Shown: positions 1-10,433, counted from the first letter of the stretch. The stretch is 64,000 nt of DNA from an uncultured archaeon (GCA_963817525.1 CAWFOU010000001.1:832001-896000), one strand, 5' to 3'. The notes: generated by a model from the sequence alone, not told the origin. Numbers and translations: made by a program.

Positions 1-1
1 C

Positions 2-1102
2 ATCACCGGACTCCCCGAGGCTGTGGTCACGATGTCGGACACGATAGGGTCGGCCTTCCCGACCACAAAGGTCACGACCAACGACGCGGGCTTTTACTCG
101 GCGAACTTCACCCTCGCCAAGCCGTCCGCCGGCGTCCTGGACATCGTCACCGTCTCCGCGGCCGCGGCGACCTACAACGGCAGCACGTCGACGATCGAGT
201 TGAACGTCAACCCCTACGGCCCAAAGTCTCTCACCGTCACCCTCGACACCATCCCGTCGGGGTACTCGACGCTGCTGGACTATGCGACCGTCCAGGCCCA
301 CGTCACCGCGGCAGGGATGCCGGTCGCGGGCGTCCCGGTGGTGTTCTCAGAGAAGCTGAACGCTCTCTTCCAGCCCAGCACCGCGACCACTGACTCGTCT
401 GGCACTGCTACGACCGTCCTGACGTTCACGGGCGAGGACGACGGCCTCGACCTGTTCACCGCCCAGGCGTCGATGAGCGGATACAGTCCAGGAGCCGGCT
501 CGAACACCATCGTGGTCCGCCTTGAGGGGAAGGCCCAGCTCAGCGTCTCAGAGGCGCTGTCCTCGTCGAAGCCCTTCGCGGGCACTAACGACACGGTGTT
601 CGGCGAGGTGGGTTGGGTCGGCTCTTCGACCACATACGCCTGGTCCCCGGTCCAGAACGCGCTCTCCGGCGCGACCGTGACGATATCGGACAGCCAAGGG
701 TCGTTCGCGCCGCTGACCGTGACGACCAACGCCGCCGGATACTACACCGCCACCTTCCCGGTCCCGAGCGCGGACGGAGGGCCCGACGTCATCGAGGCCG
801 CCGCGTCCCTCACGGGCTACCGGGGGACGTCTTCATCGCTCTTCATACTGGCGGTCGCTGGCCAAGCCTCGACGACAGATTCGGCAGCCAGCAGCACGAG
901 CGCCTCCGGCACCGCGCAGGCGACCGGCTCCTCCCCTAATACGGCGACCGACTCCTCGTCGACTCCAACGATAAGCACGACGACGTGTTGCTCGACGGGT
1001 TCGGATTCCGTGGTGCTCGCCGTAGTGGCGCTGGTGATCGTGGCGCTCCTGATCCTCCGGGTGGCTCGTTTCGGGCAGAAGAAACGTGGACCAGCGCTGT
1101 AG
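2..1102 (+). CDS. Cell-surface protein with tandem Ig-like (Big_1/invasin-like) repeats, S/T-rich stalk and C-terminal membrane anchor; 5' end lies outside the window
   Basis: Frame is open from base 2. Repeated 'VTTN(D/A)AG(F/Y)Y' and 'TTDSSGTA' beta motifs, an S/T-rich linker, then a hydrophobic helix VVLAVVALVIVALLIL and a basic tail. Confidence 0.7.
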   Translation: MTGLPEAVVTMSDTIGSAFPTTKVTTNDAGFYSANFTLAKPSAGVLDIVTVSAAAATYNGSTSTIELNVNPYGPKSLTVTLDTIPSGYSTLLDYATVQAHVTAAGMPVAGVPVVFSEKLNALFQPSTATTDSSGTATTVLTFTGEDDGLDLFTAQASMSGYSPGAGSNTIVVRLEGKAQLSVSEALSSSKPFAGTNDTVFGEVGWVGSSTTYAWSPVQNALSGATVTISDSQGSFAPLTVTTNAAGYYTATFPVPSADGGPDVIEAAASLTGYRGTSSSLFILAVAGQASTTDSAASSTSASGTAQATGSSPNTATDSSSTPTISTTTCCSTGSDSVVLAVVALVIVALLILRVARFGQKKRGPAL

Positions 1103-1234
1103 GGGAGGCACGGGCGCTTTCGAACGCGGCCGTAGGAGGAGCTGCGGCGGGCCCGGAGAGACGCGCTTAGAGAATTAAGCGAATCCTATCCCAGGGCGGG
1201 TCTGATCAGATCCCGGCGACCGCGCCTGTCTTTC

Positions 1235-1648
1235 TCAGATGTCCTCCGTCTTGATTCCCAAACTCCTCGCCTCGTTCACCTGGCCTTGGTCTTTTGAAAG
1301 CAGGCTCGCACTCATCCTCTTCGCGAGAGAGAGATAAAGCGAGTCGTAAATCGCCATTGTCGTGCTCTCGCTCATTTCAAACGCGCTAGAGATCAGTTCG
1401 TCGTCTTGAGGAATCATTGTGATGTTATCCTTTGAAAGCTCGAGCATGCTCGAGAGAGCGAGCTTGACGGCGCTTTCCTTGGTCACTCCTCTTCTTTTCG
1501 AGATAAGGATTGCATTGGCCGACTCGGCTCTTATCAGGTCGACGCTGATGACGCCTTGCTTAAAATGCGCCTTGAGCCTCTGCCTATCTAGGCCATCCTC
1601 ATTGAGGCAGAATGCTACAAGAGCAGAAGCATCAATGACCGCTGTCAC
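1235..1648 (-). CDS. vapC: VapC PIN-domain toxin
   Basis: N-terminal VIDASAL, E in 'AESANA', 'IYDSLYL' and 'LLSKD' acidic tetrad; overlaps the upstream small gene. Confidence 0.9.
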   Translation of the reverse strand: MTAVIDASALVAFCLNEDGLDRQRLKAHFKQGVISVDLIRAESANAILISKRRGVTKESAVKLALSSMLELSKDNITMIPQDDELISSAFEMSESTTMAIYDSLYLSLAKRMSASLLSKDQGQVNEARSLGIKTEDI

Positions 1649-1862
1649 GATCTTCTCGCACTAACTTTGATGCGGTCCCACGCCTCACCCTGGGTTGGTC
1701 CCTAAGCATTCTCTCGACTCGCTCCAGAGTATCCTCTCTCCTTGCCTGGTCGAGCCTTGCTTCTATGAACGCTCTGATTTCGGAAGGCCACTCGACCTTG
1801 GCTTTGAATTCCTCCATCTCTCTTTTCGTCTTGTCTGGAACTTTCACGCTTACAACTGACAT
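1632..1862 (-). CDS. vapB: VapB-type ribbon-helix-helix antitoxin
   Basis: 76 aa with N-terminal VVSVKVP beta-strand and C-terminal LVREDRD typical of archaeal VapB; directly upstream of and overlapping vapC. Confidence 0.85.
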   Translation of the reverse strand: MSVVSVKVPDKTKREMEEFKAKVEWPSEIRAFIEARLDQARREDTLERVERMLRDQPRVRRGTASKLVREDRDSGH

Positions 1863-2082
1863 GTCACGTACCCCCTCGGTTTACCACGGGGTCTACTTTC
1901 TGATAAACCTTCTGCCCACATTGACCACCGAAGCACAGACCGGACTTTGACGCGGTTAGGCATGCGAACCGGCGACCACACAGTTCGAATTCACGGAACT
2001 GCGATTCTCAGGATTTGGTTAATAATTTGAACGGGTTCAGGCCAGAATCCGAATCTCCGCAAACTGGGTGGAGCGTGAAAAA

Positions 2083-2180
2083 TGGCGGGCCCGGCCGGAT
2101 TTGAACCGGCGACCTCCAGCTTCGCAGGCTTACGAACCAATCTCGGTTTGACGCCCTGATCCGTACTAGGCTACGGGCCC
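2083..2180 (-). tRNA. tRNA-Arg(GCG) with a 19-nt intron at non-canonical position 29/30 (intron 2130-2148); CCA encoded
   Basis: Reverse complement reads GGGCCCG-TA-GCCT-AGTACGGATCA-GGGC-G-TCA[AACCGAGATTGGTTCGTAA]GC-CTGCGAA-GCTGG-AGGTC-GCCGG-TTCAAAT-CCGGC-CGGGCCC-G-CCA. Removing the bracketed part restores the anticodon stem. A relaxed bulge-helix-bulge forms: AGG/CCT, GCGT/TCGT, bulges CA^A and AA^G, ACC/GGT. Confidence 0.92.
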
Positions 2181-2206
2181 CTAACCCCGGGCGTGGGCTA
2201 GACTAG

Positions 2207-3829
2207 TTATGTCTTCCAGCGGAACTGGGCGAGTTTCTCCAGCTTCGCCGCGACCGCCTCCGGCCCTGCGTCCATCACGTAGGGGCCTAGGCGTGGGCCC
2301 CTCTCCGCCCCGATGAGGAGGCCGTAGACCGCGGGGAAGAACTCCCCGGGCTGGATGCCGTTGGACCTTATCGCGTTGAACGCGGCTCCCTGCACCTCGT
2401 CGGCTGTCTTCGCCGCGCGAATCGCGGAGGCGAACTCGGACACGGCCTTGAGCTGCTTCTCCGAGAGCTCTGGGATCTCGCTCTTAGACGCCTTCGCCCC
2501 CTCGCGCCTCGCCCACGCCGCCGCCCACCTGACCCTCGTGAGCAGCTCGGGGGGAGGGGCGTCCTTGAGCATACCGTAGGCGCCGAGGCGCCTCACTACG
2601 TAGTCCTCGATGCTCCCCTCGGGGGCCGCCTCGGAGAGCTCCGCGAGCAACCGGTAGGGGACGTGGAGGCTCGGCCTGGCGGGGACGCGGAGTAGCATCG
2701 TGTATTCGTAGAGCCCCCGCAGCCTTGCCTCCTTCATTGCGTTGGGATCCTTCTTCTCCGAGAAGTAGTGGTCCTCGAGCTCGTCGAACTCGTCCATGTA
2801 GACGGGGACGTCGTCGACTGAGATGCTCCGCGCCCCGACTATGCGCTTGAACATGAGGAGCCTCACGCTCTCTGGGGAGGCGTATGTCAGCCAGTCCTGT
2901 ATCGTGATGACGTTCCCGACCGACTTGCTCACCTTCCTCCCGCTCTTGTCCTCGAACATCTCGTACTTTGCGTGATAGGGGGGCGGGTGCGCGAGGACGT
3001 GTTCGCTTATCCAGTCGTTGATCTTCACCGAGTCCGCTATGTCCTTCCCGTACGCCTCGAAGCGGATGTCGAGCGCGGCCCACCTCGCGGCGAACTCGCT
3101 CTTCCAGATCAGCTTGCCTTCGCCCTCGGTCACCTTCCTCTCGCCCTCGTAGCCGCACCCCTTGACGATCCCGTGCCCGATCTCGGCGCTGTCGCACTTG
3201 TAGTGGACCGTCTTGGCGACCGGGTCGTATGACGAGACCGCGGTGGTGTAGAGCCTCCCGCAGTTCTGGCAGATGGGCGTGTAGGGGAGGACGGTCTGGT
3301 ACTTCTCCTGTCCCGTGAGCTCCTTGATCATGCGGCCGACAAGCTCCGCGTTGTCGAGTATCTTGGTGATCTGGGGGTTGAGCAGGCCGCTCTTGTAGAC
3401 CTCGGCGCCGCTCTTGAAGGTGTAAGGGATGTCTAGGTCGTCGAGGGCCTCCCTGAGGAGGCTCCCCATGTGCTCCCCGTACGACTTGTGGCAGCCGAAG
3501 GGGTCGGGTATCCGGGTAACCGGGTGCGCGATGTACTCCTTGAGCGAAGCGGGGAACCCCGAGGGGACTTTCCTCAGCCCGTCCAGGTCGTCCGAGTACG
3601 CTATGAGCTCTGACTTGTAGCCGAGGTTCTCGAGCGCCAGCTTGACGCCGTAGCTCCTTATGGCGTCCCCGACGCTCCCGATGTGCGGGATGCCAGAGGC
3701 GCCGAGCCCGCTCTCGACCCTGAGGAGGGCAGTGCTCCTGCCGAGCGCGTCCTCCCTCTCCAGGAGCTCGCTCGCGACCCTGTCTAGCCACGTGCCCCTC
3801 CCTATGACCTTGGCTTCCTGGGATGACAA
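2207..3829 (-). CDS. lysS: Lysyl-tRNA synthetase, class I
   Basis: GLGASGIPHIGS (HIGH-like), DDLDGLRKVP, CxxC zinc knuckle, FEAYGKD, KVSKSVGN (KMSKS-like), GPRLG. Confidence 0.96.
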   Translation of the reverse strand: MSSQEAKVIGRGTWLDRVASELLEREDALGRSTALLRVESGLGASGIPHIGSVGDAIRSYGVKLALENLGYKSELIAYSDDLDGLRKVPSGFPASLKEYIAHPVTRIPDPFGCHKSYGEHMGSLLREALDDLDIPYTFKSGAEVYKSGLLNPQITKILDNAELVGRMIKELTGQEKYQTVLPYTPICQNCGRLYTTAVSSYDPVAKTVHYKCDSAEIGHGIVKGCGYEGERKVTEGEGKLIWKSEFAARWAALDIRFEAYGKDIADSVKINDWISEHVLAHPPPYHAKYEMFEDKSGRKVSKSVGNVITIQDWLTYASPESVRLLMFKRIVGARSISVDDVPVYMDEFDELEDHYFSEKKDPNAMKEARLRGLYEYTMLLRVPARPSLHVPYRLLAELSEAAPEGSIEDYVVRRLGAYGMLKDAPPPELLTRVRWAAAWARREGAKASKSEIPELSEKQLKAVSEFASAIRAAKTADEVQGAAFNAIRSNGIQPGEFFPAVYGLLIGAERGPRLGPYVMDAGPEAVAAKLEKLAQFRWKT

Positions 3830-3900
3830 TCGAGTCTACACTACTGCGTTGCGCGCCATTGGCCCACGACGGTTAAAAGATGTTCGGCCCTACTAGGCGA

Positions 3901-6075
3901 CTAGCGGTAGTAGGGGACGGCGACCTTCTCCATCGGCTTGCTCTCCCTGGAGGACCGCACCTTCTTCACCGCGTCCTTGAAGTGGTCGTAGGTCACGATC
4001 GCCTCGTCGAGGTGCTTCTTCGCATCCTCCGGCTTCGGGTACTTTGCCACGTACTCCTGGAGCACCATGGAGACCGCGGTGTTGACCAGGGCCGCGACGT
4101 CCGCGCCGCTGAACCCCTCGGTCATGTCGACCAGCGGCTTGAGGTCCTTCTTGACCTCGTTCTCGATCTGCTTGCCCTCCATGTTTATGGAAAGTATCTG
4201 CTCCCTGGACTCCTTGTCCGGCATGGGTATCGGGATGACCTTGTCGAACCGCCCTGGCCTCACTAGCGCCGGGTCGACCATGTCGATCCTGTTGGTCGCC
4301 GCCAAGACGACGACGCCCTGAAGCTGCTGGATGCCGTCGAGCTCGGTGAGCAGCTGGCTGACCACCCTCTCGGTCACCATGCTGTCGCCTCCCATGCCTC
4401 GGGTCGGCGCCAGCGCGTCGATCTCGTCGAAGAAGATTATGCACGGCGCGGCCTGGCGCGCCCTCCTGAAGACCTCCCTCACACCGCGCTCGGACTCGCC
4501 CACCCACTTGCTCAGCAGCTCTGGCCCCCTCACGCTGATGAAGTTGGCTTCGCTCTCCGTGGCGACCGCCTTTGCGAGCATGGTCTTACCCGTGCCCGAC
4601 GCGCCGTAGAGCAGGATACCCTTTGGCATGTTGTAACCTATCGCCGCGTAGAGGTCGGAGAACTTTAGCGGCCATTCGACGGCTTCCTGGAGCTCCCTCT
4701 TGACGCCATCGAGGCCTCCCAGATCCGCCCACTTTACGTCCGGCGTCTCGAGGTAGACCTCGCGCATCGCGGAGGGCATGACGTCCTTGAGCGCCCCCTC
4801 GAAGTCGGCCATCGTGACTATGAGCTTGTCGAGGATCTCCGGGCTGAGCCTCTCCTCCTCGAGCTTGAGCTCGGGGAGCATCCTGCGGAGCGTCTTCATC
4901 GCGGCCTCCTTGCAGAGGTACTCCGCGTCCGCGCCCACGAACCCGTGGGTGACTGCGGCCAGCTTCTCGAGGTCGACGTCCGGGGTCAGCGGCATGTGCC
5001 TGGTGTGGATCTGAAGTATCTCGTAGCGGCCCTTCTTGTCTGGCACCTTGATCTCGATCTCGCGGTCGAAGCGTCCCGGCCTCCTGAGCGCCGGGTCGAT
5101 GGCGTTGGGCCTGTTGGTCGCCGCGATGACGATGACCTTGCCCCTGGCCTCGAGCCCGTCCATCAGGGAGAGCAGCTGGGATACGACCCTGCGCTCCACC
5201 TCTCCGGTTACCTCCTCCCTCTTGGGGGCGATGGAGTCGATCTCGTCGATGAATATGATGGTCGGCGCCTTTTCCTTTGCCTCCTTGAATATCTCGCGGA
5301 GCCTCGCCTCGGACTCACCGTAGAACTTGCTCATGATCTCGGGGCCCGAGATTGGGATGAAGTGCGCGTTGCTCTCCGTCGCGACCGCCTTTGCGAGCAG
5401 GGTCTTGCCCGTGCCCGGCGGGCCGTACAGGAGGACTCCCTTTGGGGCCTCTACGCCGAGCTTCTCGAATATCTCGGGGTGGCGCAGCGGGAGCTCTATC
5501 ATCTCCCGCACCTTTTGGATCTCGTCCTTGAGGCCGCCGATGTCCTCGTAGGTGACCTGGGGGACGCCGCGCAGCGCCTCTCCCTTTTCCGAGATCACGA
5601 AGACCGTCCGCTGGGTGATCAGCGCGGCCTCGGCCACCGGGCTGACTCCCATGACCTGGAAGGTGAGCCTCCCGCCGAAGTATGGTATCATTACGTTGTC
5701 GCCCTTAGTTACGGGGACGCTCTCGAGGGTGTCCGCTAGGTACCTCTCGTCTATCGGGGGCACCGCCTCCAGCGGGGCCACCACGACCTTCTCAGCCGGC
5801 GGGGCCTTTACCTTCCTGACTATGACCATGTCCCCTATCGCGACGCCCGCGTTGTTGCGTATGAGGCCGTCGATCCTCACTATGCCCCTGCCCTCGTCGG
5901 ACGGGTAGAGCGGTAGGCACTTTGCCACAGTCCGCCTCTTGCCCCTTATCTCGATGACGTCGCCTGTCGAGGCGTCGAGCGCGTCCATGGCGTCGTAGTC
6001 GATCCTCGCCACTCCTCGACCCACGTCCCTGGTGTAAGCTTCCAATACCTTGAGCTGGACTTGCTGCTGACTCAT
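3901..6075 (-). CDS. cdc48: Cdc48/VCP (VAT) AAA+ ATPase
   Basis: Double-psi barrel N-domain ([10 protein letters not shown]), two AAA modules ([15 protein letters not shown] and [15 protein letters not shown]), RPGRFD arginine fingers, C-terminal HbYX motif YYR. Start placed at ATG 6075 (MSQQQ). Confidence 0.96.
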   Translation of the reverse strand: MSQQQVQLKVLEAYTRDVGRGVARIDYDAMDALDASTGDVIEIRGKRRTVAKCLPLYPSDEGRGIVRIDGLIRNNAGVAIGDMVIVRKVKAPPAEKVVVAPLEAVPPIDERYLADTLESVPVTKGDNVMIPYFGGRLTFQVMGVSPVAEAALITQRTVFVISEKGEALRGVPQVTYEDIGGLKDEIQKVREMIELPLRHPEIFEKLGVEAPKGVLLYGPPGTGKTLLAKAVATESNAHFIPISGPEIMSKFYGESEARLREIFKEAKEKAPTIIFIDEIDSIAPKREEVTGEVERRVVSQLLSLMDGLEARGKVIVIAATNRPNAIDPALRRPGRFDREIEIKVPDKKGRYEILQIHTRHMPLTPDVDLEKLAAVTHGFVGADAEYLCKEAAMKTLRRMLPELKLEEERLSPEILDKLIVTMADFEGALKDVMPSAMREVYLETPDVKWADLGGLDGVKRELQEAVEWPLKFSDLYAAIGYNMPKGILLYGASGTGKTMLAKAVATESEANFISVRGPELLSKWVGESERGVREVFRRARQAAPCIIFFDEIDALAPTRGMGGDSMVTERVVSQLLTELDGIQQLQGVVVLAATNRIDMVDPALVRPGRFDKVIPIPMPDKESREQILSINMEGKQIENEVKKDLKPLVDMTEGFSGADVAALVNTAVSMVLQEYVAKYPKPEDAKKHLDEAIVTYDHFKDAVKKVRSSRESKPMEKVAVPYYR

Positions 6076-6236
6076 GCCTCGATCACGTTCGGACAACCTT
6101 GACTCCTCTATATCCCTTATTAGCCTTGTGGATTCTATTAAGTCGTTGGGATAAGATTTCCGAACTCCCCGACTTGCTTGGGCTCGGAGGATCGGAGCCG
6201 GCGGCCTGCCGGGAGCACACACCTTATCTTTGCTTC

Positions 6237-7097
6237 ATGAGGCAGAGTGGTAGCTTGGACCAAGACCACCTGATCATGGTAACCAACGACGACGGGGTGA
6301 CGAGCCCGGGGATAACCGCCCTGGCCGATGCCGTCTCGGAGCTCGGAAGCGTCATGATAATCGGTCCCGAGGGAGAGCAGAGTGCAGCCGGGATGAGCCT
6401 GACCTTCCACCGGCCGCTCCGCGTCACGAAGGTACGGGTCGGTAAGAGGGTCTGCTATGCGGTCTCTGGGAGCCCCGCCGACTCCACGCTGATCGGCCTC
6501 CACAACATCCTCCCAAGGCGTCCCGAAGCGGTCGTCTCCGGCATAAACAAGGGGGAGAACCTCACCCTGCAGGACATCTTCGCGTCCGGAACGGTGGCGG
6601 CGGCGCTCTCCGCCGCGCTCCTGGGGATCCCGGCGATCGCCTTTTCGATGGAGATCCCCCCGAAGAGGACGATAGTCCACGGACGCAGGGACCCGAACTT
6701 CGCAGTCCCAGCCCGGATAGCGGCCGAGATACTCAGGGAGGTGCTCGACAACGGGCTGCCGAGGGGGATAGACATGCTGAACGTCAACTTCCCGTGGGGG
6801 ACCACCCTGGAGACGCGTGTCAAGATCACTTCGCTGGAGACGAGGAAGTGGAGGGACTCGGTCCTCGAGAGGGAGGACCCCCGCGGCAGGCCCTACTATT
6901 GGCTCTGGGGCTCCAGGATGCCGAACTTTCGAAGGGACTCCGACGCCTACGCCATCCACAAGATGGGCGCCATATCCATCTCCCCGCTCTCCCTGGACTT
7001 CACGCCCAAGAGCAGCCCGGAGATCAAGAGATTCGAGTCAAAGGTGGCTTCGCGGCTAAAGAGGACTAATGAAGAATTGAGTAGCAGGCATAAATAG
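6237..7097 (+). CDS. surE: 5'/3'-nucleotidase SurE
   Basis: VTNDDG, GSPADS, SGINKGEN, SGTVAAA, LNVNFP, DPRGRPYYW motifs; start moved to ATG 6237. Confidence 0.94.
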   Translation: MRQSGSLDQDHLIMVTNDDGVTSPGITALADAVSELGSVMIIGPEGEQSAAGMSLTFHRPLRVTKVRVGKRVCYAVSGSPADSTLIGLHNILPRRPEAVVSGINKGENLTLQDIFASGTVAAALSAALLGIPAIAFSMEIPPKRTIVHGRRDPNFAVPARIAAEILREVLDNGLPRGIDMLNVNFPWGTTLETRVKITSLETRKWRDSVLEREDPRGRPYYWLWGSRMPNFRRDSDAYAIHKMGAISISPLSLDFTPKSSPEIKRFESKVASRLKRTNEELSSRHK

Positions 7098-7130
7098 AGC
7101 ATAGGAGGTTAAACTCGTAAGGGTGTCCCC

Positions 7131-7736
7131 ATGAAGAAATCAGAGGGCGATGCGCCCAAGCCGGGCGTCAGCGGCGCGCACGCAGAGAGCGAGCCCGGCA
7201 GAGTATCTTCCTTGGAGCGGGCCTTCGGCCTGCCCGTTCCTGCCGTCAGAATCGACGGCGTCGTCGTCCTTCCCCTCTCGAAGCTGCTCAGACTGCTGAT
7301 CCCGCCCCTCCTCATATCTTCGCTCCCGAGGAAAGCGATCGGGTTCTCGTTCCCCCGCGGCGTGGAGGGAAAGCTGGTCGGGGTGGCCCTGATCGGGGGG
7401 ACCGCGGCGATCTCCTTTCTGTTCGACGGCGCCTTTGGGATCTATGCGGCCCTGGCGATGGTCTGGCTCATGGGCGGAACGGGCGTGGTGGTCCTCTACA
7501 ACTCCATGGGACCCGGCCTGGCGTTCGTCAAGCAGATGTGCTCGACCTGCAGGCTCCGCCCGATAATCGAGGAGCACGAGATAATGCACCTCAACGGCGA
7601 GAGGTCTGAGGACGCCGTGTGGGACGCGGCGAGGGCGAAGTACTCGTACGAGAGTCTGGGGCTAGCGACCGACCCCAAGATCCACAGCTTCTGCCCGATT
7701 GCGAAAAGGCTCCGTCCAGTGGACGCTTCGACCTAA
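7131..7736 (+). CDS. Hypothetical membrane protein with C-terminal CxxC and HExxH motifs
   Basis: Three hydrophobic segments followed by CSTC...EEHEIMH...SFCP; GC-rich third positions; fills the gap between surE and rli. Confidence 0.6.
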   Translation: MKKSEGDAPKPGVSGAHAESEPGRVSSLERAFGLPVPAVRIDGVVVLPLSKLLRLLIPPLLISSLPRKAIGFSFPRGVEGKLVGVALIGGTAAISFLFDGAFGIYAALAMVWLMGGTGVVVLYNSMGPGLAFVKQMCSTCRLRPIIEEHEIMHLNGERSEDAVWDAARAKYSYESLGLATDPKIHSFCPIAKRLRPVDAST

Positions 7737-7803
7737 AGCTGACTTCCGTCCACTCCTTACGAAAGGCTGAAAGAGACCTCGTCGTGAAAGGACTTCTTCG
7801 CGC

Positions 7804-9633
7804 ATGGTTCACAGGGTAGCCGGACTTGACGAAAATCTCTGCCACTCGGACAAGTGCGGGCTGGAGTGCATTAAGGACTGCCCCGTGAACATCAACGGGG
7901 ACGAGTGCATTGTCCTAGGCGACACAAAGGAGAAGCTCGCGGTCATCTCGGAGGAGCTGTGCATAGGCTGCGGGATATGCGTGAAGGTCTGCCCCTTCGA
8001 GGCTATCACAATCCTGAACCTGAGCGAGGAGCTGCAGGAGGAGAAGATACACCAGTACGGTGTGAACACCTTCAGGCTGTACCGCCTCCCCACCCCCAGG
8101 AAGGGGCAGGTAGTGGGCCTCGTGGGGAGGAACGGGACCGGCAAGTCCACCGCGCTTCAGATACTCTCTGGGCAGCTCGTCCCCAACCTCGGCGACTATG
8201 AGCACCCGGCCACGTGGGCGCGGATCTTAAAGTATCTGAGCGGGAAGGAGCTCAAGGAGCATTTTGAGAAGGTGGAGAGGGGCGAGGTGCGGATCTCTCT
8301 CAAGCCCCAGGCGGTCTACCGCCTCCCCGAGGTCTGGAAGAAGGACGTGGCCTCCCTCCTCACCAAGATGGATGAGACGGGCGAGATGGACGCCGTCGTG
8401 GAGGCGCTCGGGCTGGGGGAGGCGTTGCGGAAGAACGTGGGCGAGCTCAGCGGGGGCGAGCTCCAGAGGGTTGCGGTCGCGGTGGCCTCGCTCAAGGACG
8501 CAGACATGTACCTGTTCGACGAGCCCTCGTCCTACAACGACGTCTACCAGAGGCTCGCGGTCTCCAAGCTCATCAGGTCGATAGCCGAGAAGGGCAAGTA
8601 CGTCCTCCTCGTGGAGCACGACATCACCTTCCTCGACTACGCCAGCGACTATGTGCAGATCGTCTACGGGGAGCCGGGGGTCTACGGCATCGTCTCCTCG
8701 CTCTACCCCTCCAGGAGCGGAATCAACGCACTCCTCGAGGGGTTCCTCCCGAACGAGAACACGAGGTTCAGGGACAAGGCCGTCACGTTCGATATCACCA
8801 CGAGCGTCGAGACGGTCCAGTCGCAGGAGGTCATCGCGAGGTACGGCCGCCTGACCAAGAAGTTCCCCGGGTTCGAGCTCGACGTCCAGGCGGGGGAGAT
8901 GACCGCCGGGACGATCTTCGGGGCGATAGGCGCGAACGCCCTCGGTAAGACCACATTCCTTCGCATGCTCGCGGGCGAGGAGAAGCCCGACACGGGGCAC
9001 GTCAGCGTGGGGGTGAAGATTGCGCTCAAGCCCCAGTACCTCAAGGCGGACTACTCGGGGACCGTCCTTGACTTCATCACCGAGAAGGTTGGCAAGGGGT
9101 ACGACGACACGAACCTGCAGGCCCACCTAGCGGGGCCTCTCAAGATCGAGAAGCTCTTCCCGAGGAACGTGTCAGACCTCAGCGGCGGGGAGCTCCAGAA
9201 GCTCGCCATAGTCTCGACCTTCGCCGCGGAGGCCGACCTCTACGCCCTCGACGAGCCCTCCGCGTTCGTCGACGTGGAGGATAGGTTCGTGATAGCCAAG
9301 GCGATGGGCAGGCTGGTCAAGGCGAGGGGCAAGTCCGCGGTGATAATCGACCACGACATCCAGCTCCTCGACCTCATATCCGACAGGATGATGGTGTTCA
9401 CCGGGGAGCCCGGGCTCAAAGGGGAGGCCACGCCGCCCCTGGGCAAGGAGGAGGGGATGAACAGGTTCCTCGGGGAGATAGGCCTCACCTACAGGAGGGA
9501 CGTCAAGAGCGGGAGGCCGAGGGTGAACAAACCCGGCAGCAAGAGGGACAGGGAGCAGAAGGAGAGGGGCCAGTACTACTACGCCGCTAGGGCGGGGCAG
9601 CCCGAGGGAGAGGAAGAGGAGGAGAGGGAGTGA
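7804..9633 (+). CDS. rli: Ribosome recycling factor ABCE1 (RNase L inhibitor)
   Basis: N-terminal Fe-S cysteines (CHSDKCGLECIKDCP; CIGCGICVKVCP), two ABC domains with LSGGELQ signatures, C-terminal GRPRVNK. Confidence 0.96.
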   Translation: MVHRVAGLDENLCHSDKCGLECIKDCPVNINGDECIVLGDTKEKLAVISEELCIGCGICVKVCPFEAITILNLSEELQEEKIHQYGVNTFRLYRLPTPRKGQVVGLVGRNGTGKSTALQILSGQLVPNLGDYEHPATWARILKYLSGKELKEHFEKVERGEVRISLKPQAVYRLPEVWKKDVASLLTKMDETGEMDAVVEALGLGEALRKNVGELSGGELQRVAVAVASLKDADMYLFDEPSSYNDVYQRLAVSKLIRSIAEKGKYVLLVEHDITFLDYASDYVQIVYGEPGVYGIVSSLYPSRSGINALLEGFLPNENTRFRDKAVTFDITTSVETVQSQEVIARYGRLTKKFPGFELDVQAGEMTAGTIFGAIGANALGKTTFLRMLAGEEKPDTGHVSVGVKIALKPQYLKADYSGTVLDFITEKVGKGYDDTNLQAHLAGPLKIEKLFPRNVSDLSGGELQKLAIVSTFAAEADLYALDEPSAFVDVEDRFVIAKAMGRLVKARGKSAVIIDHDIQLLDLISDRMMVFTGEPGLKGEATPPLGKEEGMNRFLGEIGLTYRRDVKSGRPRVNKPGSKRDREQKERGQYYYAARAGQPEGEEEEERE

Positions 9634-10433
9634 CGATGAGGCTCAAGTCCGGGGAGCCCGCCTCGCTCGAGAGCGGGATAGACGTGATAGGGGACATCGC
9701 GATAGTGAAGCTCCGCCCCGGGACCGAGGGTAAGGAGGCAGGGTTCGCCGAGGGCATCCTCTCCGAGATGAAGAGCGTGAAGTGCGTATACGGCCAGGAG
9801 GGAGGGATCGAGGGCGACTTCCGGCTGCGCAAGCTCCGCCACCTGGCGGGGGAGGAGCGGACGACCACCCTTCACAAGGAGAACGGGATAAGGCTGAAGC
9901 TTGACGTCGAGACGTGCTACTTCTCCCCCCGTCTCTCGACCGAGAGGCTCAGGATAGCCAAGCAGGTGGGGGAGGGGGAGAAGGTGCTCAACATGTTCGC
10001 CGGGGTCGGCCCTTACTCCGTACTCATCGCGAAGCGGACGAGGGTCTGGAGCTGCGAGCTCAACGACGCCGCGTTCAGGTTCCACCTGGAGAACAACCGG
10101 CTCAACAAGGTCGAGGACCGCGTGGAGATGATAGAGGGGGATGCGATGCTCCTCCCGTCGGAGCTCGAGGGCAAGGGGCCATTCGACAGGATACTCATGC
10201 CCCACCCGTCCCAGGCGAACCTGTTCCTCCCAGCAGCGCTCTCCATGCTCGCGCCGGGCGGCGTGGTCCACTACTACAGGCACGTCTCGGGAGAGGACGT
10301 GGCCGAGGCCGAGCGCAGCCTGAAGGGAGAGCTAGACAGCATAGCGCCTGGGCTCCGAGTGGCCTCCGTGAGGAGGGTGAGGGTGATCGGGCCTAGGTAC
10401 ATCGAGCTCGTCGCGGACCTGAGGCTGCCCTAG
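9630..10433 (+). CDS. Trm5/Taw2 (Met-10+) family tRNA methyltransferase
   Basis: DVIGDIAIV, HKENGIRLKLD, YFSPRLSTER, MFAGVGPY SAM-binding motif, DRILMP. Confidence 0.88.
   Translation: MTMRLKSGEPASLESGIDVIGDIAIVKLRPGTEGKEAGFAEGILSEMKSVKCVYGQEGGIEGDFRLRKLRHLAGEERTTTLHKENGIRLKLDVETCYFSPRLSTERLRIAKQVGEGEKVLNMFAGVGPYSVLIAKRTRVWSCELNDAAFRFHLENNRLNKVEDRVEMIEGDAMLLPSELEGKGPFDRILMPHPSQANLFLPAALSMLAPGGVVHYYRHVSGEDVAEAERSLKGELDSIAPGLRVASVRRVRVIGPRYIELVADLRLP

Noticed and set aside
1863-2082. Possible structured ncRNA between vapB and the tRNA (CAGTTC...GAACTG; GATTC...GAATC)
   Set aside because: Only 5-6 bp inverted repeats and no recognisable family motif.
2484-3791. Long alternative-frame and antisense ORFs over lysS and many other genes (e.g. 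21807-22835, 31118-32155, 40496-41512)
   Set aside because: R/G/P-rich shadow frames expected from high GC3 with no domain motifs. The overprinted LAGLIDADG differs in lying in ~50% GC DNA and having recognisable motifs in both frames.
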